Below, piece by piece: positions 50,800 through 60,374 of a DNA stretch of 64,000 bases (the stretch's first letter is position 1; each line of letters begins with the position of its first letter). This DNA is from Minisyncoccota bacterium (GTDB lineage: Bacteria > Patescibacteriota > Minisyncoccia > Phycocordibacterales > SW-6-46-9): assembly GCA_040905385.1 (NCBI GenBank), contig JBBDRP010000002.1, positions 226,292 to 290,291 on the forward strand. Direction: 5' to 3'. The notes under the pieces were generated by a model that was not told where the DNA came from, did no database searches, and was given only the letters and a program-made list of their open reading frames with translations. Both the position numbers and the translations under genes were made by a program.

Positions 50800-51123
50800 A
50801 TGACAAATACAAAGTTAGTAAAATTTAAGTTTAAATTGGGTACTAAACAAATTTGGCTAGATTGGTCAAAGGAGTTAAAGCGAAGGGAAGATGAAGTAAT
50901 TGAGACACTTAAAAATGAAGGTGTTGTTTCTGAATCTTGTTATATGTCAGATGATGGCGAGCATGTTTATTATTTTATGGAAGCAGAAGATTTTGAGAAA
51001 GTAAAAAGGGCTGTTAGTGAAAATCCTCATCCTATTGACAGTGATCATAAAAAGGCCAGAGAAAGTAGTCTAGATTTTGTTTCAAAATTAGAATGTCTTT
51101 TTCATTTTAGTAACAGAAATTAA
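50800..51123 (+). CDS. Small AT-rich hypothetical protein (DUF6176-like)
   Basis: EVIETLKNEGVVSES...YFMEAEDFE...HPIDSDH; own TATAAT box; lies next to the tRNA repeat. Confidence 0.65.
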   Translation: MTNTKLVKFKFKLGTKQIWLDWSKELKRREDEVIETLKNEGVVSESCYMSDDGEHVYYFMEAEDFEKVKRAVSENPHPIDSDHKKARESSLDFVSKLECLFHFSNRN

Positions 51124-51190
51124 CGTTATTAGAACCTTAAAACGTTATACTAAAAAGTATTAAAAACATAGTGGTATACTGGAGTCAGTT

Positions 51191-51715
51191 ATGAAGCGCC
51201 ACCACATTATCCTTACAACGGTTTTCCTAACCCTGGCTGTCATTTTTGTGGCTGGATGGTATCTACTGCCGATTGAGTTGTTTCCGGATCGCGATACAAC
51301 CAACAACAGCGATATAACCCAGTACGCTGTTTGGGAGCACGAAGATCGTTGTTTCTATTTAGATGTGGCAGATACCTCTACGCTCCGGCGTCAAGGTCTC
51401 TCTGGACGCGAGTCTCTCGGATCCAACGAGGGCATGCTTTTTCTGTATCGTTTGTCGGGTGAGTACGGCTTCTGGATGCGGGACATGAACTTTCCAATTG
51501 ACATCATCTGGTTGGATCGAAACGACGAGATTGTCACTATTGTATCGTCCGCATTACCGGATTCGTATCCGGAAATTTATTATCCTGACAATTCTGCCAG
51601 AAAGATCATCGAAGTCTCGGCCGGTGTAGCTGAGAAGCTCGATTTGAATATTGGCGATCGGCTAGATGTGTCCCCGGCAACCTCGACTCCGTCGGTTGAT
51701 TGCGCGATGCTTTGA
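51191..51715 (+). CDS. DUF192 family protein
   Basis: VADT...RRQGLSGRESL...GMLF...FWMRDMNFPIDIIWLD. Confidence 0.9.
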   Translation: MKRHHIILTTVFLTLAVIFVAGWYLLPIELFPDRDTTNNSDITQYAVWEHEDRCFYLDVADTSTLRRQGLSGRESLGSNEGMLFLYRLSGEYGFWMRDMNFPIDIIWLDRNDEIVTIVSSALPDSYPEIYYPDNSARKIIEVSAGVAEKLDLNIGDRLDVSPATSTPSVDCAML

Positions 51716-51862
51716 CGATGTATTTTACAAGCATGCAAGAGAGTTTTCTTGTCGTTTAAAACCGTAAATGAAATGATCTCACCCCATTTTCTGTACTATA
51801 ATTAGATACACAACTCAATACGATTACTGTACTTTACTAATTCTTAACGCCACACATTTTAA

Positions 51863-53197
51863 ATGTCAAAAACTACATCCCAAGATTCTGATACAGCAGG
51901 ATTTTCAGTCACGGAGGCTGAAAAAATTGTCGGTAATGTCCTAAAACGCGACGGTAGCAAGGTTGCGTTTGATATTGATAAAATTGTCGCTGCTATTATG
52001 GGCGCTATGAGCGAAGCTGAAGAGGGAACCGAAGACGATGCCCGACAAGTAGCTGAAAATGTCCTGATGGAGCTGGCTCGTATAAAGGATCGCTACGCGA
52101 CGTTTCTGCCGTCGGTAGAAGGGATTCAGGACCATGTCGAGAAGGAGCTCATTAAGGCCAACTATGCCGCTACGGCCAAGGCCTATATTTTGTATCGGCA
52201 TCGACAGGCTGAGCTACGTGAGCGTAACCTGTTTCGTCCACGTCAGAATCTCAAGCCGTACGAGTATCCCGAGCTGGCCGAGTACGTCGATGCTATCCGG
52301 CACTCCTACTGGATTCATACCGAGTTTAACTACACCTCGGATATCAATGACTACAAAGCCAACATTACGGATGTGGAGCAGAGCGCCATCAAGAACTCCA
52401 TGCTGGCGATTGCGCAGATCGAGGTGGCGGTAAAGACTTTCTGGGGTGATTTGTATAAGAAGATGCCGAAGCCAGAGATCGGGGCAGTCGGTTATACGTT
52501 TGCTGAAAGTGAGGTTCGTCACATGCAGGCGTACTCACATCTGCTGGAAATTCTTGGCCTGAATGGTGAGTTTAAACACCTTACCGAGGTGCCAGTAATC
52601 AAGGAAAGAATTGATTACCTGAATCGGGCGGCAGCACCATCGCATAATGACAACGATCGCGAGTATACGCGCTCCATATTTCTGTTCTCCTTGTTTGTAG
52701 AGCATGTATCACTGTTCAGTCAGTTCCTGATCATTATGGCCTTTCAGAAGCACAAGAACCTCTTTAAGGGCATCTCTAACGTCGTCGAGGCTACCTCAAA
52801 GGAAGAGCAGATTCACGGTCTGTTTGGAATTGACCTCGTAAATCAGATTAAAAAAGAAGAGCCACGTTGGTTTGATGACGAGTACGAGCAATCGGTGCGC
52901 AACATGTGCCGGGAGGCGATGGCGACCGAGGAAAAGCTGGTCGACTGGATCTTCGAGGCTGGCGAGCTTGATTTTCTTCCTAAGCAGGTGGTGCATGAGT
53001 TCCTCAAGCACCGTATGAACAACTCCTTGAAATCAATTGGCTATGCGCCAGAGTTTGATACTGATAAAGATCTTGTGGCCGAAACAGCCTGGTTTAACGA
53101 AGAGGTGATTGCCACCAAGCATGTCGACTTCTTCCAGAAGCGCTCCATCAATTACTCCAAAAAGACGCAGAGTGTCACCTCTGATGACCTCTTCTAA
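51863..53197 (+). CDS. nrdB: Class I ribonucleotide reductase beta subunit with N-terminal ATP-cone
   Basis: VLKRDG...VEGIQDHVEKEL...AKAYILYR (ATP-cone), then ferritin-like QIEVAVK, ESEVRH, EHVSLFSQF, KEEQIH; C-terminal DFFQKRSINYSK...DDLF. Confidence 0.93.
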   Translation: MSKTTSQDSDTAGFSVTEAEKIVGNVLKRDGSKVAFDIDKIVAAIMGAMSEAEEGTEDDARQVAENVLMELARIKDRYATFLPSVEGIQDHVEKELIKANYAATAKAYILYRHRQAELRERNLFRPRQNLKPYEYPELAEYVDAIRHSYWIHTEFNYTSDINDYKANITDVEQSAIKNSMLAIAQIEVAVKTFWGDLYKKMPKPEIGAVGYTFAESEVRHMQAYSHLLEILGLNGEFKHLTEVPVIKERIDYLNRAAAPSHNDNDREYTRSIFLFSLFVEHVSLFSQFLIIMAFQKHKNLFKGISNVVEATSKEEQIHGLFGIDLVNQIKKEEPRWFDDEYEQSVRNMCREAMATEEKLVDWIFEAGELDFLPKQVVHEFLKHRMNNSLKSIGYAPEFDTDKDLVAETAWFNEEVIATKHVDFFQKRSINYSKKTQSVTSDDLF

Positions 53198-53244
53198 CGA
53201 TGACCGGGGAGTGCTTATTTACCACCTAACACACAGTCACTGAT

Positions 53245-54921
53245 ATGTCATACGAATGGTTAAACGAACAGTCACAAACATTTCTCGAGCGTGGGTACCT
53301 GGTTGGCGACCAGACGCCGAAGGGGAGAATTCGCGAGATTGCTGAAACCGCCGAAGAATACCTCCAGAAGGACGGCTTCGCCGATAAGTTCGAGGACTAC
53401 ATGTCCAAGGGCTACATCTCATTGGCTAGTCCAGTTTGGAGTAACTTTGGGCTGGATCGGGGGTTACCAATCAGCTGCTTTGGATCTGACATTGCCGATA
53501 ATATGAGCAGTATTTTATATACACAGGCGGAGGTTGGCATTATGAGTAAGTACGGTGGGGGAACCTCAGCTCACTTTGGTAATCTGCGCGAGCGTGGTGC
53601 CTCGATTTCTAACAATGGTCAGTCCAACGGTCCGGTCCACTTTATGCAGCTTTTTGACAAGATGGTTGATGTAGTTAGCCAGGGAAATGTGCGCCGCGGA
53701 AATATGGCGACGTATCTTCCGGTTGAACATCCAGACATCATGGAGTTTCTAGATATTGGTACTGAAGGAAACGAGATTCAGGGGCTGACTCACGCCGTAA
53801 CAGTTGGGGATGATTGGATGCAGGAAATGGTGGACGGCGATGACGAGAAGCGCGCCATCTGGGCCAAGGTTATCCAGCGTCGTGGAGAGATCGGCTATCC
53901 GTACATTATGTTTTCTGATAATGCCAACAACAACCGACCACAGGTTTACAAGGATAAGGACATGCGTATCAAGGCCACGAACCTGTGTTCGGAAATCATG
54001 CTGCCATCAGACGAGGATCTTTCCTTTGTCTGCTGCCTGTCTTCAGTGAATCTCCTCCACTACAACGAATGGAAGGACACCGACCTGATTGAGACCGTGA
54101 CGTACTTTCTGGATGCCGTTATGGAGGACTTCATCGTCTCGCTGGAACGGCTGCGTGACTCTGACGAAGAGGAGGATCAGCAGTCATTTGAGTTCATGAA
54201 ACGAGCGCATAAGTTTGCCAAGGAGCACCGTGCTGTTGGGGTCGGTGTGTTGGGTTGGCACTCATTCCTGCAGTCCCGTAGCATTCCGATGGAAAGCCAG
54301 GAGGCTGATCAGCTGAACGTAGAAATATTTAAAAATCTTAAAGAAAAAACGTATGCTGCCTCCGAGGAAATGGCGCAGGTGTACGGTGAGCCGGAGGTCC
54401 TGAAAGGCTACGGTCGGCGTAATACGACGACGATGGCGATTGCACCAACTACCTCATCATCCTTTATTTTGGGGCAGGTTTCGCAAAGCATCGAGCCGCT
54501 GATGAGTAACTGTTACGTAAAGGATCTGGCCAAGATAAAGACCACCATTCGCAATCCATACCTGAAAGAAATTCTCAAGGAGAAGGGGAAGGATACGGTG
54601 GAAACCTGGGACAGCATTCGCGACAATGATGGGTCCGTCCAGCACCTGGATTATCTTTCCGAGCATGAGAAGGAGGTGTTTCGCACCTACGCAGAGATGG
54701 ATCAGGCCAAGATTATTGAGCAGGCAGCGGTACGTCAGCAGTACATTGACCAGGGACAGTCTCTGAACGTACTGGTTGGTCCGGAGGCTTCGGCTAAGGA
54801 TATCAATGAGCTGTATCTGAAGGCGTGGCGAAACGGGGTCAAGGCACTGTACTATCAGCACAGCATGAACGCTGCCCAGCAGCTGAGTCGGAAGAAGATT
54901 TGTGCGGCTTGTGAAGCGTAA
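53245..54921 (+). CDS. nrdA: Class I ribonucleotide reductase alpha subunit (no ATP-cone)
   Basis: GLPISCF, GGGTS, TNLCSEI, FVCCLSS, AIAPTTSSS, YIDQGQSLN, LYY, C-terminal CAACEA. Confidence 0.95.
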   Translation: MSYEWLNEQSQTFLERGYLVGDQTPKGRIREIAETAEEYLQKDGFADKFEDYMSKGYISLASPVWSNFGLDRGLPISCFGSDIADNMSSILYTQAEVGIMSKYGGGTSAHFGNLRERGASISNNGQSNGPVHFMQLFDKMVDVVSQGNVRRGNMATYLPVEHPDIMEFLDIGTEGNEIQGLTHAVTVGDDWMQEMVDGDDEKRAIWAKVIQRRGEIGYPYIMFSDNANNNRPQVYKDKDMRIKATNLCSEIMLPSDEDLSFVCCLSSVNLLHYNEWKDTDLIETVTYFLDAVMEDFIVSLERLRDSDEEEDQQSFEFMKRAHKFAKEHRAVGVGVLGWHSFLQSRSIPMESQEADQLNVEIFKNLKEKTYAASEEMAQVYGEPEVLKGYGRRNTTTMAIAPTTSSSFILGQVSQSIEPLMSNCYVKDLAKIKTTIRNPYLKEILKEKGKDTVETWDSIRDNDGSVQHLDYLSEHEKEVFRTYAEMDQAKIIEQAAVRQQYIDQGQSLNVLVGPEASAKDINELYLKAWRNGVKALYYQHSMNAAQQLSRKKICAACEA

Positions 54922-55491
54922 CGTAAATACCAATCTTTTGCGTGCGCACAAATAAATCCCTGCGAGGATTTTTATCCGCTCAGGCGCTCAGTTTGATAGA
55001 AATCGGACATCATACTGAGCGCCTTGCGCAAGGCTCCGAAAAAGAGGTATTTACTCAGTTCATCGATTTTATTTTCTTTGAAAATAAAATCGGAAAGGAA
55101 GTCCGAACAAAACAAGGTGCTCGCATTGAAGTTTCTTGCCTAATCTATAGTTATGTTACTCGGCTTCGTCTCTTTAAGTAAAGCTAAGAAGTATCCCTGT
55201 GCTGAAGCTAGAACAGTACATAGATAAGAGGTAATTTTTGCCCAAAAAACGACCCAGAACGGCTATTTATTTTGGTTGAAAAAAGTCGATATTGAATTAT
55301 TCCATCTTATTTTTAGAGATGTTTTTTATAGCCAGCTACTGCGCACTAGTTAAACGATATCTTTTACAAATATGCAATTAAGGTTTTTGTTTAGCATCTA
55401 TCAGTAAAAATAATTTTACTGATAGAAACATAATATAATACATAAACAATTAAATAATGTTTCGGTTTTAAAATCTAATTATTTATTCTTT

Positions 55492-57819
55492 ATGTCTCAA
55501 TCAGCATCTCAATTAGGGGAGGGTAAAAGAAATGTATCAGTGGATGAAGCTGAAAAAATTATTGGTAAAGTCATGAAGCGTGATGGTGCTATTGTTGATT
55601 TTAATATTGATAATATTGCGAACGCTATTTTCTCTGCAATGAAAGAGACGGAAGAGGGATCTAAATCAGCAGCAGAAAAAGTTGCCAAGCGTGTTTTAAC
55701 AGAGCTCGTTCGTATCAAGGAGCGATACGCTACCTTCGTCCCTTCTGTTGAAGGAATTCAGGACCATGTAGAGAAGGCACTTATGCGAGCTGACTTTCCG
55801 CAGACGGCCAAGGCTTATATTTTATATCGAGAGAAGCGATCGCAAGAGAGAGAGCAAAAAACCTATGTAGTTCCCGAGGAGGTTAAGCAGGCGGTGGCTG
55901 AGTCAAGTCAGTATTTCGGCAGTTCTTATCAGGAGTTTATTTTTTACCGCACCTACTCTCGTTGGCGAGATGATCTCGGTCGGCGGGAAACTTGGACGGA
56001 GGCCATCGATCGGTATATGGATTTCATGCGTGAGAATGTTGGCAACAAAATAACTGAATCTGAGTATAAGGAAGTTCGTCAGGCTATGCTGGATATGGAA
56101 ATTATGCCTTCGATGCGACTACTTTGGTCGTCCGGTAAGGCGGCTCGGGAGTCAAATGTTTGGGCGTACAACTGTTCTTATTTAGCACCAACTCGGTTGC
56201 GAGATTTTCCCGAAATGATGTATATCCTTATGTGTGGAGCTGGTTTAGGCTACTCGGTTGAGACTGAGAATATTGGGCAGTTACCGCAGATAATTAAGCA
56301 AACAGGAGAGCAGCTAGAGACACATGTGGTGGCTGATAATAAAGAGGGTTGGGCTGATGCTTTTCTTCATGGTCTTGAGACGTGGTATGCCGGTAAGGAT
56401 ATTGAGTTTGATTACTCGAAGGTGCGTCCGAAAGGGGCTCGCTTGAAGACGGCTGGTGGTACAGCCAGCGGTCCGCAGCCGCTGAAGAACTTAATGGCTT
56501 TTTCTCGTGAGAAAATTCTTGCTCGACAAGGTAAGCGACTATCAACCATTGATGTGCATGACATAATTTGTAAAATCGGAGAGATTGTAGTATCTGGTGG
56601 AGTGCGACGATCGGCCTTGATTTCGTTGTCAGATCTTGGTGACGAGGATATGCGTGATGCTAAAAAAGGGCGCTTCTTTGACACGGAACCGCAGCGAGCC
56701 ATGGCCAACAACTCAGCAGTTTATGAAGAAAAACCATCACCAGGAACCTTTCTGTCTGAGTGGACAGCGTTGGTGAAAAGTAATTCTGGAGAACGCGGTA
56801 TCTTTAATCGCGGTGGCCTGGAGGAGCAGCTACCCGAGCGCCGTGCAAAAATATTTCGCGAGAAAGAGGAGAATGGAGATATGAGTTTCCGGCCAGGAGT
56901 TAATCCGTGTGGTGAAATTATTCTGCAGAGCCGACAGTTTTGCAATCTTACCAATGTGGTAATACGGAAAGGGGATACCGTGAAAGAGCTGAAGCGGCGT
57001 ATGCGGCTGGCGAGTCTGCTTGGTACGTACCAAGCAACCTTGACAAAGTTCAAGTATCTGTCTGAGGAATGGAAGCAGAACTGTGACCAAGAGCGCTTAC
57101 TTGGCGTTGCCTTTACTGGCTATTATGACAACGAGGCGGTACGCGATGATAAGGTGATGGAGGAGCTTAAAAACGAAGCCGTAGCCGCCAATGATAAGTA
57201 TGCGGAACGTCTTGGTATTAGTAAATCAACCTGTGTGACTACGGTGAAGCCAAGTGGAAACTCATCCCAGCTAACTGACACAGCTTCGGGAATGCATCCA
57301 CGCTACGCTCCGTACTACATTAGACGCGTACGAATCAGCGATACTGATCCTTTGTTTAAATTAATGAAGGAAGAAGGGGTGTCGTACCAGCCTGAGGTTG
57401 GTCAGACTGAGGATACAGCCAATACGTTTGTGCTAGAGTTTCCGCTGAAAGCACCGGAAGGAGCCATCACAACTAAGGATGTTAGTGCCTTAGATCTACT
57501 TAAGGAGTGGCGCCGCGTCAAGGAGCATTACACAGAACATAATCCTTCAATCACGATTTCGGTTGGTGATGATGAGTGGATTGAAGTGGCTAACTTTCTG
57601 TATAAAAATTGGGAGACGGTTGGTGGACTGTCATTTCTGCCACGAACTGACCACGTTTACGACTTAGCTCCGTATGAGCCAATCTCGAAGGAGGAGTACG
57701 AAGAGATGGTTTCCCAGGTGCCGGATGTTGACTTTGCTAAGCTGTCCGCTATCGAGGCGACAGATAATACCGAGGGATCAAAGGAGTTTGCCTGCGTGTC
57801 TGGAGAGTGTCCAATTTAG
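55492..57819 (+). CDS. nrdJ: Class II (adenosylcobalamin-dependent, monomeric-type) ribonucleotide reductase with ATP-cone
   Basis: ATP-cone; YRTYSRW, MPSMRLLW, YNCSY, GGVRRSALISL, NPCGEI, QFCNL, TTVKPSG, C-terminal CVSGECPI. Confidence 0.92.
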   Translation: MSQSASQLGEGKRNVSVDEAEKIIGKVMKRDGAIVDFNIDNIANAIFSAMKETEEGSKSAAEKVAKRVLTELVRIKERYATFVPSVEGIQDHVEKALMRADFPQTAKAYILYREKRSQEREQKTYVVPEEVKQAVAESSQYFGSSYQEFIFYRTYSRWRDDLGRRETWTEAIDRYMDFMRENVGNKITESEYKEVRQAMLDMEIMPSMRLLWSSGKAARESNVWAYNCSYLAPTRLRDFPEMMYILMCGAGLGYSVETENIGQLPQIIKQTGEQLETHVVADNKEGWADAFLHGLETWYAGKDIEFDYSKVRPKGARLKTAGGTASGPQPLKNLMAFSREKILARQGKRLSTIDVHDIICKIGEIVVSGGVRRSALISLSDLGDEDMRDAKKGRFFDTEPQRAMANNSAVYEEKPSPGTFLSEWTALVKSNSGERGIFNRGGLEEQLPERRAKIFREKEENGDMSFRPGVNPCGEIILQSRQFCNLTNVVIRKGDTVKELKRRMRLASLLGTYQATLTKFKYLSEEWKQNCDQERLLGVAFTGYYDNEAVRDDKVMEELKNEAVAANDKYAERLGISKSTCVTTVKPSGNSSQLTDTASGMHPRYAPYYIRRVRISDTDPLFKLMKEEGVSYQPEVGQTEDTANTFVLEFPLKAPEGAITTKDVSALDLLKEWRRVKEHYTEHNPSITISVGDDEWIEVANFLYKNWETVGGLSFLPRTDHVYDLAPYEPISKEEYEEMVSQVPDVDFAKLSAIEATDNTEGSKEFACVSGECPI

Positions 57820-57834
57820 AATAAAAAGGTTGGT

Positions 57835-57863
57835 TTGATTTATACACAATCAAATGTTATAAT
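57835..57863 (+). promoter_or_regulatory. Sigma70 promoter of rnpB
   Basis: TTGATT-17 bp-TATAAT with extended TGn; predicted start site falls at the P1 5' strand (~57869). Confidence 0.8.
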
Positions 57864-57868
57864 TATCA

Positions 57869-58494
57869 TTGGTGATTGCGTAGTCGCCCCCCACCACTTT
57901 GTGCATTACGTTTACGTTTTAAAAAGTCAGAAGGATAAAAAGCTCTACATTGGAGTGACGGAAGATCTTAAACGACGTTTTGCTGAGCATCAAAATGGAG
58001 AAAATCGCTCAACGAAACATCGTCGTCCGTTTACACTTGTTTACTACGAAGCATTTAGAGCCAAAGTAGATGCTCATGAAAGAGAGCGGAAGCTAAAACA
58101 GTTTAAGAATTCGTATAAACATCTAAAGGATCGTATTGGTAAATGTATTGATAGTGCATAAAGTGGTGGGGGGAGGAAAGTCCGAACACACCCTGATTTT
58201 TTAATCTGGAGCACGTAGCGGGTAACTCCCGTCAGTCGTAAGACTGTGGTGCGAACAGTGACGCTGAAATTTGAAAGGGTTTCAGCATCCCCCACTTTTA
58301 AAGGTAGCGGATGAACTTGGTGGCAACACTAAGGTGAAACGGCTAAATCTGTACGTGTGTGCAAGGCCGTATTCCAGCCTCCGGGCTGGTCTGAGCCGCT
58401 TGAGTACAGTGGTAACACTGTACCTAGACAAATGACTACAACGGAACTTATGTAACGTAGGTTTCTAAACAGAATTCGGCTTACGGATCACCAA
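57869..58494 (+). ncRNA. rnpB: RNase P RNA carrying an ORF insertion in helix P3
   Basis: P1 ttggtgat(57869-76)/atcaccaa(58487-94); P2 gtagtc(57880-85)/gactac(58434-39); GAGGAAAGTCC at 58173-83; AACAGAATTCGGCTTA at 58468-83 completing P4. Confidence 0.93.
57901..58161 (+). CDS. Small GIY-YIG nuclease (86 aa) nested inside rnpB P3
   Basis: GTG start; HYVYVL...LYIGVTEDLKRRFAEHQNG...STKHRRPFTLVYYEAF...AHERERKLK. Confidence 0.9.
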   Translation: MHYVYVLKSQKDKKLYIGVTEDLKRRFAEHQNGENRSTKHRRPFTLVYYEAFRAKVDAHERERKLKQFKNSYKHLKDRIGKCIDSA

Positions 58495-58502
58495 AATATA
58501 CG

Positions 58503-58534
58503 AAAAAGCCACCCTGACGGTGGCTTTTTCTTTT
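58503..58534 (+). terminator. rnpB terminator
   Basis: aaaaagccacc-ctgac-ggtggctttttctttt. Confidence 0.8.
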
Positions 58535-58595
58535 AGCTTGACGCTGAGGTTATTCGTATATTTTTTCTTTCAGCACGCTATAATAGGAAGGCATT

Positions 58596-60278
58596 ATGTT
58601 TAAGCGCATTCTCTTTTTTCTGAGTAAAAAAATCACTGGTTTACACCAGGCTGCGTATATTATTGGGTTCTTTACGCTGCTTAGCCAGGTCTTGGGCTTG
58701 GTGCGTGATCGTCTGCTTGCTTATAACTTCGGCGCCGATACAACGGTGGATATCTACTACGCGGCTTTCCGTATTCCGGACATTATTCTGGTTGTGGCAG
58801 GATCCGTTGTTTCCATATCAGTCTTGGTTCCATTTCTTACCAAGAAGATATCTCAGAGCAAAGAGGTTGCAGAAGAGTTCATTGATACAGTCTTCACGAT
58901 ATTCTTTATTGGAGTTATTACGATCTGTATCCCGCTTTACTTCCTGATGCCGAACCTGATTCCGGTTGTCTTTCCCGGAATTACGGACGCAGTAGCCCAG
59001 GCTAATCTGATCTTTTTGGCTCGGCTATTCCTCCTATCGCCAATCCTGCTGGGGCTGTCTAACATCTTTGCGTCCATTATTCAGGTACACCGGCGATTTC
59101 TTATCTACGCGATTTCACCGCTTCTCTATAATTTAGGTATTATTATTGGTATTGTGGCGCTCTACCCGTATTTCGGGATTACAGGGCTTGGACTTGGAGT
59201 TGTTCTCGGAGTGCTGATGCATGTTGGAATTCAGCTGCCGTTTATTATCAAGAAGGGGTTCGTTCCACGCTGGTTTTTTCCTGCTGACCGTAGCGAGATC
59301 TGGAAGGTGGTGCGCAACTCTTTGCCGCGAACCTTCACGCTTTCGATTGATAAACTGGCCCTACTATTTCTCGTTAGCTTGGCATCGCTTATTGGTTCGG
59401 GTTCAATTGCGATCTTTAACTATGCCTGGAACCTACAGTCGGTGCCAATGGCGCTGGTTGGGGCCAGCTATTCATTGGCGGCTTTTCCGGTGTTGTCGCA
59501 GTTGTTTGCTGATGGTGATATGAAGGGATTTATGCGCCAGGTGCAGACAGCCATCCGGCATGTTGTCTTCTGGTCGCTACCGATCCTGTCACTTTTTATT
59601 GTTCTGCGGGCGCAGATAGTTCGTACCATTCTTGGGGCTGGAGAGTTCGGCTGGCTGGCGACACGATTGACAGCGGCATCGCTGTCGCTTTTCGTGATTT
59701 CGGTAGTGGCACAAAGCCTGGTGCTGGTACTGGTTCGAGCCTACTATGCAGCTGATGATACAATGACGCCGCTGATAACCAGTGTGATTGGCGGTACGAC
59801 GATTCTGGGTGGTGCCTACGGTCTAATGGCGGCCTTTCAGAATATTCCGGTATTTCGATTCTTTCTCGAGAATTTGCTGCGCGTACGCGGGATAGAAGGT
59901 ACTGGTGTATTGGTGCTGCCGCTGGCGTACTCACTGGGAATGGTAGTAATGGTAGCCATCCTGTGGTACTTTTTTCAGGACAAGTTTGGTCTCTTTCCAG
60001 CTGATATGTATCGCTCGCTCTGGCAGTCAGCTGGTTCAGCCATAGTTGGTGGCTTCGTTGCCTACGGTGGTCTGCTGCTGTTTGGAAATTGGCTTGCGCT
60101 TACAACCGGGCTCGGTATCTTCCTACAGGGATTTTTGGCTGGTATTACCGGCATCGCAGCGATGATTTTGACTTTGTGGCTGATGGATAATCAAGAACTT
60201 GAGGAGATGTGGCAGGCTGTGCGTGAACGTTACTGGCATGTATCCGTAGAAGCCATCGGTCCAGCCGAACAACAATAA
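58596..60278 (+). CDS. murJ: Lipid II flippase MurJ (MviN)
   Basis: SQVLGLVRDRLLAYNFG...DIYYAAFRIPD, SPLLYNLGII, RAYYA..DT.TP; many TMs. Confidence 0.93.
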   Translation: MFKRILFFLSKKITGLHQAAYIIGFFTLLSQVLGLVRDRLLAYNFGADTTVDIYYAAFRIPDIILVVAGSVVSISVLVPFLTKKISQSKEVAEEFIDTVFTIFFIGVITICIPLYFLMPNLIPVVFPGITDAVAQANLIFLARLFLLSPILLGLSNIFASIIQVHRRFLIYAISPLLYNLGIIIGIVALYPYFGITGLGLGVVLGVLMHVGIQLPFIIKKGFVPRWFFPADRSEIWKVVRNSLPRTFTLSIDKLALLFLVSLASLIGSGSIAIFNYAWNLQSVPMALVGASYSLAAFPVLSQLFADGDMKGFMRQVQTAIRHVVFWSLPILSLFIVLRAQIVRTILGAGEFGWLATRLTAASLSLFVISVVAQSLVLVLVRAYYAADDTMTPLITSVIGGTTILGGAYGLMAAFQNIPVFRFFLENLLRVRGIEGTGVLVLPLAYSLGMVVMVAILWYFFQDKFGLFPADMYRSLWQSAGSAIVGGFVAYGGLLLFGNWLALTTGLGIFLQGFLAGITGIAAMILTLWLMDNQELEEMWQAVRERYWHVSVEAIGPAEQQ

Positions 60279-60281
60279 ATT

Positions 60282-60374
60282 ATGAATAATATCCGAAATT
60301 TCATCATAATAGCCTGTCCCACTTCGCGCAGAGCGCTTCGCGGGGCAGGTATAGACCATTTTTATCATGGATAA
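60282..60374 (+). pseudogene. Duplicated lepA 5' fragment interrupted by a palindromic insert
   Basis: Translates MNNIRNFIIIA-CPTSRRALRGAG-IDHFYHG*, versus LepA MDNIRNFSIIAHIDH. Confidence 0.75.

Noticed and set aside
55140-55491. Cobalamin riboswitch or NrdR boxes upstream of nrdJ
   Set aside because: No recognisable B12-box or NrdR consensus; only an AT-rich hairpin at ~55398-55423
57835-57900. N-terminal extension of the GIY-YIG ORF given in the ORF track
   Set aside because: The TTG is the -35 box and the region encodes rnpB P1-P3; the domain begins at GTG 57901
57901-58161. Group I intron carrying a homing endonuclease
   Set aside because: The insert consists only of the ORF, leaving no space for a catalytic intron core
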